32,000 nt of DNA, taken from positions 240,001 through 272,000 of the forward strand of contig CP059204.1 of the NCBI GenBank assembly GCA_014251975.1. The letters run 5' to 3'. The notes below the pieces were generated by a model. It was not told the origin of the DNA. It made no database searches and was given only the letters and a program-made list of their open reading frames with translations. The position numbers and the translations under genes were made by a program. The stretch is from Blattabacterium cuenoti (GTDB lineage: Bacteria > Bacteroidota > Bacteroidia > Flavobacteriales > Blattabacteriaceae). This document shows, one piece after another, positions 1-9,440 of this stretch. Each line of letters begins with the position of its first letter. The first letter of the stretch is position 1.

Positions 1-491
1 ATTATTAAATTTTTTGTTTCATTAACTTTTTTAAAAGTATTTTCAATAAAATTTTGGCCACTAAATCCAGGATTAACACTCATTAATAATACAAAATCAA
101 TATATTTAATAATATCTTTTAATAAAAAAACTGGTGTATTAGGATTAATAGCAATACCTACTTTCATCCCATATTCTTTAATAGAGAAAATAGTTCTATT
201 TATATGAATACAAGATTCATAATGAATATGTACATTATTAGCACCGCTATTTTTAATAATTTTTATATAACGATCTGGCTCTAATATCATTAAATGAACA
301 TCAATTGGTTTATTAGAATACTTTTTTACATATTTAGTGAATGAAAATCCGAAAGAAATATTTGAAACAAAAGTAGTATCCATTATATCAATATGTAACC
401 AATCAGCTTCACTTTCATTTAACATTATTATATCACGATGTAAAAAAGCTAAATTTGCTGATAATAAAGATGGAGCAATAATTCTTTTCAT
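1..491 (-). CDS. rpe: ribulose-phosphate 3-epimerase, N-terminal ~163 aa (C-terminus lies beyond the window start)
   Basis: Not in the ORF track. My own translation from the ATG (complement of 489-491) reads MKRIIAPSLLSANLAFLHRDIIMLNESEADWLHIDIMDTTFVSNISFGFS...PIDVHLMILEP...MSVNPGFSGQNFIE. It matches Rpe hallmarks (IAPSxLSA, HxDxMDxxFVxN, DVHLM, MSVNPGFxGQ). The frame stays open to position 1. Confidence 0.85.
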   Translation of the reverse strand, partial: MKRIIAPSLLSANLAFLHRDIIMLNESEADWLHIDIMDTTFVSNISFGFSFTKYVKKYSNKPIDVHLMILEPDRYIKIIKNSGANNVHIHYESCIHINRTIFSIKEYGMKVGIAINPNTPVFLLKDIIKYIDFVLLMSVNPGFSGQNFIENTFKKVNETKNLI

Positions 492-510
492 ATTAAAAAA
501 ATTGTAATTT

Positions 511-1320
511 TTAATCTTTTAAAGAAATTAAACATTCATTAATACCAATTTTAGAAAAACCTCCATCATTATATAGATTTTGCATTGTAACTTTTCTAGT
601 TAAGTCTGAAAAAAGTGTAATTATATAATCAGCACAATCTTGAGATGATGCATTACCTAATGGAGAGAGTTTATTTGATAAATATAAAAAATCTTTAAAT
701 CCACTAATTGATGCAGCAGCTTTAGTATAAATAGGTGATAGAGATACTGTATTAACTCTAACTTTTTCTTTAATACCCCAAAAATATCCAAAATTGCGAG
801 CAATACTTTCTAAATAAGATTTATAATCAGACATATCTACATATGATGGAAAATTACGTTTAGAAGCTATATAAGTTAAAGCTACAATTGATCCCCATTT
901 GTTTATAGCTTTTTTATCCCAAGCAATTTTCATTATTTTATGAAAAGATACAGCTGATATATCCCATCCTTTTTTAAGAAAATCATAATTTATACATGGA
1001 TATTCCAATTTTTTTCGTATATTTATTGACATTGCTATAGAGTGCAATATAAAATCTATTTTTCCACCAAAAAAAATTAGTGCTTTATCAAATAATATTT
1101 CAATATCTGAAATAGATGTAGCATCAGCAGGAATAACTATAGATTTAGTTTTTTTAGATAAATCATAAATTTTACCCATTCTTAAAGAAGCTGGTGTATT
1201 TGTTAATATAAAAGATGCTTTTTCTTCATAAGCACGTTCAGCTACTTTCCAAGCAATAGAATTTTCATCTAAAGCACCAAAAATAATTCCTTTTTTACCC
1301 ATCAATAAATTATAAGACAT
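511..1320 (-). CDS. fabI: enoyl-[acyl-carrier-protein] reductase (NADH), FabI
   Basis: 269 aa ORF. N-terminus LMGKKGIIFGALDENSIAWKVA is typical of the FabI SDR fold, with the expected length and Tyr/Lys catalytic region (SYVDMSDYKSYLES). Confidence 0.9.
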   Translation of the reverse strand: MSYNLLMGKKGIIFGALDENSIAWKVAERAYEEKASFILTNTPASLRMGKIYDLSKKTKSIVIPADATSISDIEILFDKALIFFGGKIDFILHSIAMSINIRKKLEYPCINYDFLKKGWDISAVSFHKIMKIAWDKKAINKWGSIVALTYIASKRNFPSYVDMSDYKSYLESIARNFGYFWGIKEKVRVNTVSLSPIYTKAAASISGFKDFLYLSNKLSPLGNASSQDCADYIITLFSDLTRKVTMQNLYNDGGFSKIGINECLISLKD

Positions 1321-1332
1321 AATAAAAAAATG

Positions 1333-2589
1333 TTAAATATTAAAAATATCTTTTATAATATTCAAATAATCTAATTTTTCCCATGTAAACAATTCAACTT
1401 CTTTTTTTATAGTTCTTTTTTTCATATCTATAAAAAATTTATTTATTTTTTTAGGATTTTTCCCCATATGCCCATATGCAGAAGTTTCCTCATATATTGG
1501 TTCTCGTAATTTTAATCTTTTTTCTATAGCATAAGGTCTAAGATCAAAATTTTCTTTAATATTTTTTGTTATAAATTCATTACTAACTTTTGAAGTCCCA
1601 CAAGTATCAACAAAAATACTAATAGGTTCTGAAATTCCCGCTACATAAGAAATTTGTATTAATAATTCATTAGCAATCCCTGATGCAACTATATTTTTAG
1701 CTATATGTCTAGCTTCATAAGCTCCAGATCTATCCATTTTAGATGGATCTTTCCCAGAAAAGGCTCCACCTCCATGTCTAGCTCTACTACCATATGTATC
1801 AACAATAATTTTTCTACCAGTTAATCCAGTATCCCCATTTGGCCCCCCTATTACAAATTTACCTATAGAATTTATATAATAACGAGTTTTATTAGTGAAT
1901 AACTTACGTAAGTTTTTCGAACAATATTTTTTTTTAAATCTTGGCATTAATATATTTATTATATCTTTTATTAAACAATTATTCATTTTTTCTTTAGTAT
2001 CAAATTCATTATGTTGAGTTGATATAACAACAGAATGAACATGTATAGGTTTATAAGGATAATTAGAAGAATGTTCTAAAGTGATTTGAGATTTAGAATC
2101 TGGTCTTAAATAAGTCATTTCTACCCCTTCTTTTCTAATTGTTGCAAGTTCTTTTAATAAATTATTAGCAATTTCTAATTCTATAGGCATATAATTATCT
2201 GTTTCTTTAACTGCATATCCAAATACTATACCCTGATCTCCAGCTCCTGTTTGTTCTATGCTATCTTTTATAATACCTTTTAATAAATCTTGAGATTGTT
2301 CTTTAATAGAAGTAAAAATACCGCATGAATCTGCATTAAACTTATATTCATTTTTTGAATATCCAATTTTTCTAACAATATTACGTGATATATCATTAAT
2401 ATTTATCCAAGCATTTGATTTAACCTCTCCAGATATTATAATTTGACCTGTAGTTACTAAAGTTTCTATAGCAATTTTTGAATTAGGATCAAATGCTAAA
2501 AAATGATCTAATATTGAATCTGATATCTGATCTGATATCTTATCAGGATGTCCTTCTGAAACAGATTCGCTAGTAAAAAGATAAGTCAT
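1333..2589 (-). CDS. metK: S-adenosylmethionine synthetase
   Basis: 418 aa. Contains FTSESVSEGHPDKISDQISD, GAGDQGIVFGYA and GGGAFSGKDPSKMDRSGAY, the canonical MetK motifs. Confidence 0.97.
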   Translation of the reverse strand: MTYLFTSESVSEGHPDKISDQISDSILDHFLAFDPNSKIAIETLVTTGQIIISGEVKSNAWININDISRNIVRKIGYSKNEYKFNADSCGIFTSIKEQSQDLLKGIIKDSIEQTGAGDQGIVFGYAVKETDNYMPIELEIANNLLKELATIRKEGVEMTYLRPDSKSQITLEHSSNYPYKPIHVHSVVISTQHNEFDTKEKMNNCLIKDIINILMPRFKKKYCSKNLRKLFTNKTRYYINSIGKFVIGGPNGDTGLTGRKIIVDTYGSRARHGGGAFSGKDPSKMDRSGAYEARHIAKNIVASGIANELLIQISYVAGISEPISIFVDTCGTSKVSNEFITKNIKENFDLRPYAIEKRLKLREPIYEETSAYGHMGKNPKKINKFFIDMKKRTIKKEVELFTWEKLDYLNIIKDIFNI

Positions 2590-2600
2590 TTACATTTAGT

Positions 2601-3671
2601 TTAATTATCTACTATTATATTATTTTGTATTCTAATTGATTCTTTATGAAGTAATTCAAATATTTTTATAATAAATTTATTAGAAATACCAAGATCTTTA
2701 CTCATATTTATATATTTATCTATAATAATATTCCATCTATTTGATTGTAATACAGGTATATTACCAGTTTTTTTTACTTTTCCTAATTTTTTTGAAATAT
2801 TCATTCTTTTAGAAATAATTGATATAATATTTTCATCTAATTCATCAATTAAAACCCTTAATATGTATAAATTGTTAATTTTATTATTATATTTTATTGT
2901 TGTTAAAATATCAAATAACCTATCTGGAGTAATTTGTTGATTAGAATCACTCCATGCTTTGTTTGGATTATAATGAGTTTCTATCATCAATCCATCACAC
3001 TTGAAATAATTACATGCTATTTTAGATATTTCTGGTATCTCTACTCTGTTACCACAAATATGTGAAGGATCACATAAAATAGGTATATTTGGAATAATTT
3101 TTTTTATATCCATTAAAAAATTCCAATTTGGTTGATTTCTATATTTAGGATTTTTATATATATAAAATCCACGATGAATCATACCTAATTTTCTAATTCC
3201 TTTGTTATATAATCGTTCTAAACCACCTATCCAAAGTTCTATATCTGGATGAATAGGATTTTTAACTAAAACTATTTTATCAGTCCCTTCTAAAGCTTCT
3301 GATATTTCTTGCATAGAAAAAGGACTAGCTGTAGTTCTAGCACCTATCCAAAGAATATCTATATTATAATCTATACAAAGTTTAACATGTTCTGAATTTG
3401 CTACTTCTGTAGATATCATTAATCCAGTTTGCATTTTTACCTTGTTTAACCATTTAAGACCTATTTCTCCTACTCCTTCGAAACTATTAGGTTTAGTTCT
3501 TGGTTTCCATATCCCCGCTCTAAATACATTAACGCCAGATATTTTAGTTAACTGTTTTGCAGTTTTTAAAACTTGTATTTCATTTTCTGCACTGCAAGGT
3601 CCAGATATTACTAAAGGATAATTATATTTATCCATCCATGATCTATCAATTTTATTTAATATACTTTTCAT
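2601..3671 (-). CDS. aroG: bifunctional 3-deoxy-7-phosphoheptulonate (DAHP) synthase / chorismate mutase type II
   Basis: 356 aa. The N-terminal ~260 aa are a type I-beta DAHPS/KDO8PS-like TIM barrel (GPCSAE, FRAGIWKPRT, CDPSH). The C-terminal ~90 aa are an AroQ chorismate mutase domain (LRVLIDELDENIISIISKRMNISKKLGKVK...). C-terminal CM fusion is the Bacteroidota-type architecture. Confidence 0.9.
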   Translation of the reverse strand: MKSILNKIDRSWMDKYNYPLVISGPCSAENEIQVLKTAKQLTKISGVNVFRAGIWKPRTKPNSFEGVGEIGLKWLNKVKMQTGLMISTEVANSEHVKLCIDYNIDILWIGARTTASPFSMQEISEALEGTDKIVLVKNPIHPDIELWIGGLERLYNKGIRKLGMIHRGFYIYKNPKYRNQPNWNFLMDIKKIIPNIPILCDPSHICGNRVEIPEISKIACNYFKCDGLMIETHYNPNKAWSDSNQQITPDRLFDILTTIKYNNKINNLYILRVLIDELDENIISIISKRMNISKKLGKVKKTGNIPVLQSNRWNIIIDKYINMSKDLGISNKFIIKIFELLHKESIRIQNNIIVDN

Positions 3672-3688
3672 TTTTTATTATTTTTAAT

Positions 3689-4552
3689 TCAAACATATTT
3701 TTTATCATTGTTATCAACTATATTATTAGCTTTTTTTATTAAATCATCAATATCTATAAATTTATTTTTTAATAGATTGTCACGAAATAAATTTAAATTA
3801 TCAATATAAAAGTTTATAGATTTAATTAAATTTTTCTTATTAGATTTTAAAATTGGTAACCAAGTTTTGTGATTACTTTTTGATAATCTTGTAGTAGAAT
3901 AATATCCACTCCCTGCCATATTTTTAAAAATTTCTTTTTTATCTTTAAATTTTTTAATAATTGTATTGGATAAAGCAAAAGATATAACATGAGGTAGATG
4001 TGAAACATACGAAATATATAAATCATGTTCTTTAGAAGATATATAATAAATATTACCTATCCCTATTATGGAATATATTTTTCTAGTAATTAATATAGCA
4101 TCGTAATCGCTCATATTAGAATCACAAATAATACAGTTTCTATTGTAAAATAGATTAGATTGTGCAAAATAAGGACCAGAATTCTCTATACCAGCAATAG
4201 GATGAGTAGCTACAAAACGCCCCCTTTTATAGTGATTTAAAACATTATTACAAATTGTAAATTTTGTTGATCCTGTATCAAAAACTACTGTATTTTCAGA
4301 AATTTTATCAAGAATTTTTGGTAAAATTTTCTCTATACTATTTACTGGTATAGAAATAATTATTATTGAAGATTTTTCAATAAGTTCATTAATAGATACT
4401 ATTTCATCAACAATACCCATATTCATTGCATATAAAGTATTTTTTTTATTATTATCTGATCCAATAATGTTATATTTAATTTTATCATTTTTTAATTTCA
4501 AACCTATAGATCCACCAATTAATCCTAATCCTATAATACCAATAATATTCAT
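3689..4552 (-). CDS. tyrA: prephenate dehydrogenase
   Basis: 287 aa. N-terminal Rossmann motif IIGIIGLGLIGGSIG, then HPIAG and the SHLPHVISFAL region typical of TyrA. It overlaps the upstream aminotransferase stop by 4 nt (ATGA). Confidence 0.9.
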   Translation of the reverse strand: MNIIGIIGLGLIGGSIGLKLKNDKIKYNIIGSDNNKKNTLYAMNMGIVDEIVSINELIEKSSIIIISIPVNSIEKILPKILDKISENTVVFDTGSTKFTICNNVLNHYKRGRFVATHPIAGIENSGPYFAQSNLFYNRNCIICDSNMSDYDAILITRKIYSIIGIGNIYYISSKEHDLYISYVSHLPHVISFALSNTIIKKFKDKKEIFKNMAGSGYYSTTRLSKSNHKTWLPILKSNKKNLIKSINFYIDNLNLFRDNLLKNKFIDIDDLIKKANNIVDNNDKKYV

Positions 4553-5700
4553 GAAGAAATTCTATTTTTTGCTTCTTCCAAAATTTTTGATGGACAACAT
4601 ATAGAAAATCTTATGTATCCTTTACCATTTGTGCCAAAAATGCTACCAGGTGTTACAAATATATAATTCTTTATAAGTAGAGTTTCTGTCCATATAATAT
4701 CATTTTCTATATTTAATTTAGCCCATATAAATATACCAGAATTATTTTTTTTGTATTTTAATTTAAGATTATCACATATTTTCCATATAATTTTTCTTCG
4801 TCTTGCATATTCATAATGTAATTTTTTTAACCATATATAATTATGTTTCATGGCTTCTATAGCACCAATTTGTATTGGATAATACATACCAGAATCCATT
4901 TGACTTTTAACTTTAATAATGTTACTAATAAACTTTTTATGTCCTATTATCATACCTACACGCCATCCAGGCATATTATAACTTTTACTTAAAGAGTTTA
5001 ATTCTATTGCTACGTGTTTGGCTTGTTTTACGTTAAAAATACTTAAAAAATGATTATTTTCTTTGTTAAAAAAACTGTATGGATTATCATAAACTAATAA
5101 TATGTTATGTTTTATAGAGAACATAACTAATTCTTCAAGTTTTTTAATATTAATTGTAGCACATGTTGGCATATGTGGATAATTTACCCAAATTATTTTA
5201 ATTTTATTAAGATTGATAGTTTCTAAAAAATCAATATTTGGTAACCATTTTTCTTCTTCAAATAAATTATAATAAATAATATCTGCTCCTAATAATCTGG
5301 ATACAGAAGAATAAGTAGGATATCCAGGATTTGGTATTAATACTTTATCTCCTTGATTTAAATAACACATACTAATATGCATTATACCTTCTTTTGAACC
5401 CATCAATGGTAAAATTTCTTGTTCTGGATTTATATTTACTTTATATATTTTTTTATACCAATCAGAAATTGCATAACGTAACTTTTCTATACCAATATAG
5501 CTTTGATAATAATTTGCATTTACTAATTCTGAAGCTTTTTTCATTTCATTTATGACCTCATGTGGTGGAGATATATCTGGATTACCAATTCCTAAATTAA
5601 TAACTTTTTTACCTTTCTTTTCAAGACTATTTATGTATTTCATTTTCTTAGAAAAGAAATATTCTGATATTTTATTAATGTTTTTAGATGTTACAATCAT
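4549..5700 (-). CDS. class I/II pyridoxal-phosphate aminotransferase (probable aromatic/prephenate aminotransferase of the Phe/Tyr operon)
   Basis: 383 aa. PLP-lysine region NSLSKSYNMPGWRVG and IRFS near the C-terminus. It lies between pheA and tyrA, as in Flavobacteriales aromatic amino acid operons. Substrate is inferred from context only. Confidence 0.8.
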   Translation of the reverse strand: MIVTSKNINKISEYFFSKKMKYINSLEKKGKKVINLGIGNPDISPPHEVINEMKKASELVNANYYQSYIGIEKLRYAISDWYKKIYKVNINPEQEILPLMGSKEGIMHISMCYLNQGDKVLIPNPGYPTYSSVSRLLGADIIYYNLFEEEKWLPNIDFLETINLNKIKIIWVNYPHMPTCATINIKKLEELVMFSIKHNILLVYDNPYSFFNKENNHFLSIFNVKQAKHVAIELNSLSKSYNMPGWRVGMIIGHKKFISNIIKVKSQMDSGMYYPIQIGAIEAMKHNYIWLKKLHYEYARRRKIIWKICDNLKLKYKKNNSGIFIWAKLNIENDIIWTETLLIKNYIFVTPGSIFGTNGKGYIRFSICCPSKILEEAKNRISS

Positions 5701-5710
5701 TATTTACTTT

Positions 5711-6556
5711 TTATAATATACCATTTTTATATTCACCCATAACTGACAAATCATTAAGACATGGTAATTCTTGTATTTTATTTTTCATTTTTATATAGTT
5801 ATTGATATTTTTAAATATAACATCCACATAAAATACATATTCCCAAGGACTTTTTATTATAGGGATAGATTGTATTTTTGTCATATTTATATCAAGACTA
5901 GAAATGAATCCTAACGTTTTAGATAAACTACCAGTAGTATGTAATATTTTAATCATTAAAGACGCTTTATTAAAAAAAAAAGATTCTTCTTTTGTTTTAT
6001 TTGAATTATAATTTTTAATCACAAAAAATCTTGTAAAATTTTTTTTAATTGTATGTATATTTTCATTCAAAACTTCTAATTTATATTCTTTAGAAGCATT
6101 TTTGGAAGCAATAGCTGCTATTCCATATTTTTTATACTTATAAATAAATTTAGCAGCAGATGCAGTATCAGAAAATTCATATACTTTAATTAATGGATGT
6201 TTATTTAAAAATTCCTCACACTGTAAAAGTGCCATTGGGTGAGAATAAATTTCTCTAATATCTTTTAAACGTTGTCCTGGATATGCCATTAAATTATGTT
6301 CTACAGGTAGATATATTTCCCCAATAATTTTTATATTATATTTTGATAAAAGATTATAATTAGTCAATATAGATCCAGCTATAGTATTTTCTATTGCCAT
6401 AATACCAAAATCTATTTCAAATTGATCAACAGATAAAGCTAAATCTTTAAAAGAATCATATTCTATCAATTTATAATCGTTATTTTTAAAATATATATCA
6501 GCTGCTGAATGATGAAAACTACCTATTATTCCTTGTATTCCTACTTTTTTTTTCAT
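5711..6556 (-). CDS. pheA: prephenate dehydratase (PDT + ACT domains, no fused chorismate mutase)
   Basis: 281 aa. PDT domain (VGIQGIIGSFHHSAA, ENTIAGSI, TRFFVI) and C-terminal ACT domain (GSLSKTLGFISSLDINMTKIQSIP). Confidence 0.92.
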   Translation of the reverse strand: MKKKVGIQGIIGSFHHSAADIYFKNNDYKLIEYDSFKDLALSVDQFEIDFGIMAIENTIAGSILTNYNLLSKYNIKIIGEIYLPVEHNLMAYPGQRLKDIREIYSHPMALLQCEEFLNKHPLIKVYEFSDTASAAKFIYKYKKYGIAAIASKNASKEYKLEVLNENIHTIKKNFTRFFVIKNYNSNKTKEESFFFNKASLMIKILHTTGSLSKTLGFISSLDINMTKIQSIPIIKSPWEYVFYVDVIFKNINNYIKMKNKIQELPCLNDLSVMGEYKNGIL

Positions 6557-6561
6557 GAAAG

Positions 6562-6601
6562 AAATATCATTTTATAGAAAAAAAAATATCATTTTATAGA
6601 A
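6562..6601. repeat. 18-bp direct repeat, two copies spaced 22 bp start to start (AAATATCATTTTATAGAA at 6562-6579 and 6584-6601), just upstream of the pheA start codon
   Basis: Read directly from the sequence: gaAAATATCATTTTATAGAAaaaaAAATATCATTTTATAGAAcaatt. It lies in the 108-bp pheA/rplI spacer, which is the 5' leader/promoter region of the minus-strand aromatic operon. Confidence 0.9.
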
Positions 6602-6664
6602 CAATTGGATTTAAAAAAATTAATATACATAATTTAATATAAAACATATTTTTAAATAAATATT

Positions 6665-7114
6665 TTATTTTTTTGATTGTACCTTAAATTTTATTATAAA
6701 ATCATGATCTTTATGTAAACTAATTGTAGCACTATAATTACCAACAGCTTTAATATTTTTACCATTAATTTTTATAAATTTTTTATCTACATTAATTCCA
6801 TTTTTATTTAAAATATTTGAAATACTATAATTATTTATTGATCCAAATAACTTACCATTTTCCCCAGTTTTTACTGATATTATTATAGATAATTTTTTTA
6901 ATTTTTGTTCTATTATTTTTGAATTATAGATTAAAAATTTTTCTTTTTTATAACGTTGTTTCAATACTTCTTTAGTATTTTTTATAATTCCAGGCAGTGC
7001 TAATACTGCCAACCCTTTAGGAATTAAAAAATTTCTTGCATATCCAGATTTAACTTCTAATTTTTCATATTTTAATCCTAAATTTTCAATATCTTTTTTT
7101 AAAATAATTTTCAT
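6665..7114 (-). CDS. rplI: 50S ribosomal protein L9
   Basis: 149 aa. MKIILKKDIENLGLKYEKLEVKSGYARNFLIPKGLAV is the canonical L9 N-terminus. It follows rpsF-rpsR. Confidence 0.95.
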   Translation of the reverse strand: MKIILKKDIENLGLKYEKLEVKSGYARNFLIPKGLAVLALPGIIKNTKEVLKQRYKKEKFLIYNSKIIEQKLKKLSIIISVKTGENGKLFGSINNYSISNILNKNGINVDKKFIKINGKNIKAVGNYSATISLHKDHDFIIKFKVQSKK

Positions 7115-7119
7115 AGTTT

Positions 7120-7494
7120 TTATCTTAAATCATCAGTAATAAAAGGTAATAATCCAATATGTCTACATCTTTTTACTGCAGAACTTAACTTATTTTGATT
7201 TTTTTGTAAAGTCCCTGTTATCCGTCTTGGTAAAATTTTTCCTTGTGAATTAAGAAATTTAATTAAAAAAGCAGGATCTTTATAATCTATATATTTTATA
7301 TTTCTTTTTTTAAAAAAACAATATTTTTTTTCTATTTTAGTTTCTATTTTTATAGGAGATAAATATCTTAATTCTTTATCTACATTTGTTTTTTTAAATT
7401 CTTTAGTAATAATAGTTTTTTTTAATTCATTATCATTATTTGGATTTGAAATTACTTTTTTTGATTTATTTTTAACATTTTTTTCTAAAACCAT
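7120..7494 (-). CDS. rpsR: 30S ribosomal protein S18 (with an unusually long Lys/Asn-rich N-terminal extension)
   Basis: 124 aa. The core RYLSPIKIETKIEKKYCFFKKRNIKYIDYKDPAFLIKFLNSQGKILPRRITGT...AVKRCRHIGLLPF matches Bacteroidota S18. There is no in-frame internal Met. The start lies 3 nt after the rpsF stop. Confidence 0.9.
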   Translation of the reverse strand: MVLEKNVKNKSKKVISNPNNDNELKKTIITKEFKKTNVDKELRYLSPIKIETKIEKKYCFFKKRNIKYIDYKDPAFLIKFLNSQGKILPRRITGTLQKNQNKLSSAVKRCRHIGLLPFITDDLR

Positions 7495-7497
7495 ATT

Positions 7498-7839
7498 TTA
7501 ATTTGTTTTTTTTATTTTATTTTTTCTAATATTTGCATATTCAATACCATATTTATTTAACCTTACATTTAAAAAACGCAATATTCGCTCATCCTGTCTT
7601 AATTTAAGTTCTAAATTATTAATCAATTCAGAATTTAGTATAAATTCAAATAAATGATAAGAACCACTTTGTTTTTTTTTTATTTGATAAGCTAATTTTT
7701 TTAAACCCCAATGTTCCTGATGTATAATCTTTCCCTGTTTATTTATTATAAATTTTTCGTATTCTTTTGCAGTTTCTTTTGCTTGGTCATCAGATAATAT
7801 TGGAGTTATTATAATTATACATTCATAATGTTTAAGCAT
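7498..7839 (-). CDS. rpsF: 30S ribosomal protein S6
   Basis: 113 aa. MLKHYECIIIITPILSDDQAKE...HQEHWGLKKLAYQIKK matches the S6 family and heads rpsF-rpsR-rplI. Confidence 0.93.
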   Translation of the reverse strand: MLKHYECIIIITPILSDDQAKETAKEYEKFIINKQGKIIHQEHWGLKKLAYQIKKKQSGSYHLFEFILNSELINNLELKLRQDERILRFLNVRLNKYGIEYANIRKNKIKKTN

Positions 7840-7901
7840 ACTAAAATATTAATTAAAATCAACAATATAAATCTATGTTTTTACAATCTTTTTTCAAAAA
7901 A

Positions 7902-9431
7902 TTATAAAAATTTTTTTTCTTTAATATTATTAATTAATACTTTTATCCGTCTTATACTTTCTTTTTTACCTAACATTTCTAAAATAATAAATAAATCAAC
8001 TCCTTTTAAAGATCCTACTAATGCCAATCTAATTAATTTCATAAAAATTATACGTTTATTTTTATCTTTATATTGTGATATAAAATTTTTTTTCAATTTA
8101 TTATATAAGAATATATAATTGTTTAATGAATAATTTATTTCTTTTAAATAAAATATGGATCTTTCAAAAGAAATTTTATATAAAAAACTTTTTTTAGTAT
8201 AAAAATTAGGAGATACAAAAAAATAAAAAATATCATTCCATATACCTTCATTCATAAATGATATTCTATTAATTATTAAATTTATAACTTTCCATAAATA
8301 AAAAGTACTAAATGACAAACAACGTTTATTTAATAGTTTTTTAACAAAAAAATATACTTCTTTTTTTTTACTATAAATGTATTGTTTATTTAACCATTCT
8401 GCTTTCTTTATATCAAAAAAAACGTTAGATTTTTTAATCCTTTTTAATGAAAAAGATTTTTCTAATTCTTTCATTGAAAGAATTTCTTTATTACCACCTG
8501 GATTCCATCCTAACAATGCTAAAATATTTACGAATGCTTCTGAAAAATAACCTAACTCTCTGTATCCATCAATGATTTTATTTTCTTCATATGATATCCA
8601 TTTTATTGGATATATTGGAAAATCTGAATTATTTATAGTCCTTTTACTAATTTTTAATTTACTATTTTTTTTTAGTATTAAAGGTAAATGAGCAAAAAAA
8701 GGTATTTTCCATCCGAAAGATTTATATAATAATACATGAAATAAAACAGATGATATCCATTCTTCTCCTCTTAAAATATGAGTTATTCCCATTAAATAAT
8801 CATCAATAGTATTAGCAAGATGATATGTAGCTTTTCCGTTAGATTTTAATAAAATTTTATCATCTAAATAATCTGTACTCATTTTTATATCTCCATATAT
8901 AATATCATTTATTTTTAATGTTTGTCCAGGATTAACTCTATAACGTATAACATAAGGATAACAAGAACTTAATTTATGGTATAATTCTTTTTCTTTCATA
9001 TTTAACGAATTATTTAAATACATTCGTGTTTTATGATCATAAGAAAATACCAATCCTTTTTTTGCATATTCTATTTTTCTTGTACATAAATCATTATATG
9101 TGTCAAAAGCATAATAAGCCTCGCCTTTTTTTAATAATTTATCAATATATAATTTATAAATATTGCCTCTTTTAGATTGATAATAAGGAGTATGTGGCCC
9201 ACCATATCCAACACCTTCATCAGGTATTATTTTACACCATTTTAAAGTTTCTAAAATATATGATTCAGAATTAGACACAAATCTCTTATCGTCTGTATCT
9301 TCTATTCTTAGAATAAATTTACCATTATATCTTTTTGCGAAAAGATAATTATATAATGCTGTTCTTACTCCACCTATATGTAGTGGGCCAGTAGGACTAG
9401 GTGCAAATCTAACTCTTATAGTATTTGACAT
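7902..9431 (-). CDS. gltX: glutamyl-tRNA synthetase
   Basis: 509 aa. VRFAPSPTGPLHIGGVRTALYNY (HIGH-class signature), RIEDTD, and KLKISKR (KMSKS-like). Confidence 0.95.
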   Translation of the reverse strand: MSNTIRVRFAPSPTGPLHIGGVRTALYNYLFAKRYNGKFILRIEDTDDKRFVSNSESYILETLKWCKIIPDEGVGYGGPHTPYYQSKRGNIYKLYIDKLLKKGEAYYAFDTYNDLCTRKIEYAKKGLVFSYDHKTRMYLNNSLNMKEKELYHKLSSCYPYVIRYRVNPGQTLKINDIIYGDIKMSTDYLDDKILLKSNGKATYHLANTIDDYLMGITHILRGEEWISSVLFHVLLYKSFGWKIPFFAHLPLILKKNSKLKISKRTINNSDFPIYPIKWISYEENKIIDGYRELGYFSEAFVNILALLGWNPGGNKEILSMKELEKSFSLKRIKKSNVFFDIKKAEWLNKQYIYSKKKEVYFFVKKLLNKRCLSFSTFYLWKVINLIINRISFMNEGIWNDIFYFFVSPNFYTKKSFLYKISFERSIFYLKEINYSLNNYIFLYNKLKKNFISQYKDKNKRIIFMKLIRLALVGSLKGVDLFIILEMLGKKESIRRIKVLINNIKEKKFL

Positions 9432-9440
9432 ATATATCTA

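Noticed and set aside
3557-3742. 61-aa plus-strand ORF overlapping the 5' end of the DAHP synthase gene and the spacer to tyrA
   Set aside because: It is antisense to a well-supported gene and has low-complexity Phe/Ile/Tyr-rich content. This is expected from AT-rich antisense frames, which contain few stop codons. No recognisable motif.
4549-4552. Possible UGA reassignment (UGA read as Trp), as in some tiny symbiont genomes
   Set aside because: Four genes (the aminotransferase, argB, argF' and argD) terminate at TGA within ATGA overlaps, with protein lengths matching their families. Trp is encoded by TGG throughout (for example WAPWC in trxA). The standard code 11 fits.
7828-8118. 96-aa plus-strand ORF antisense to the gltX 3' end
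   Set aside because: It is a shadow ORF of gltX, with Leu/Ile/Phe/Asn low-complexity composition and no start context or conserved motif.
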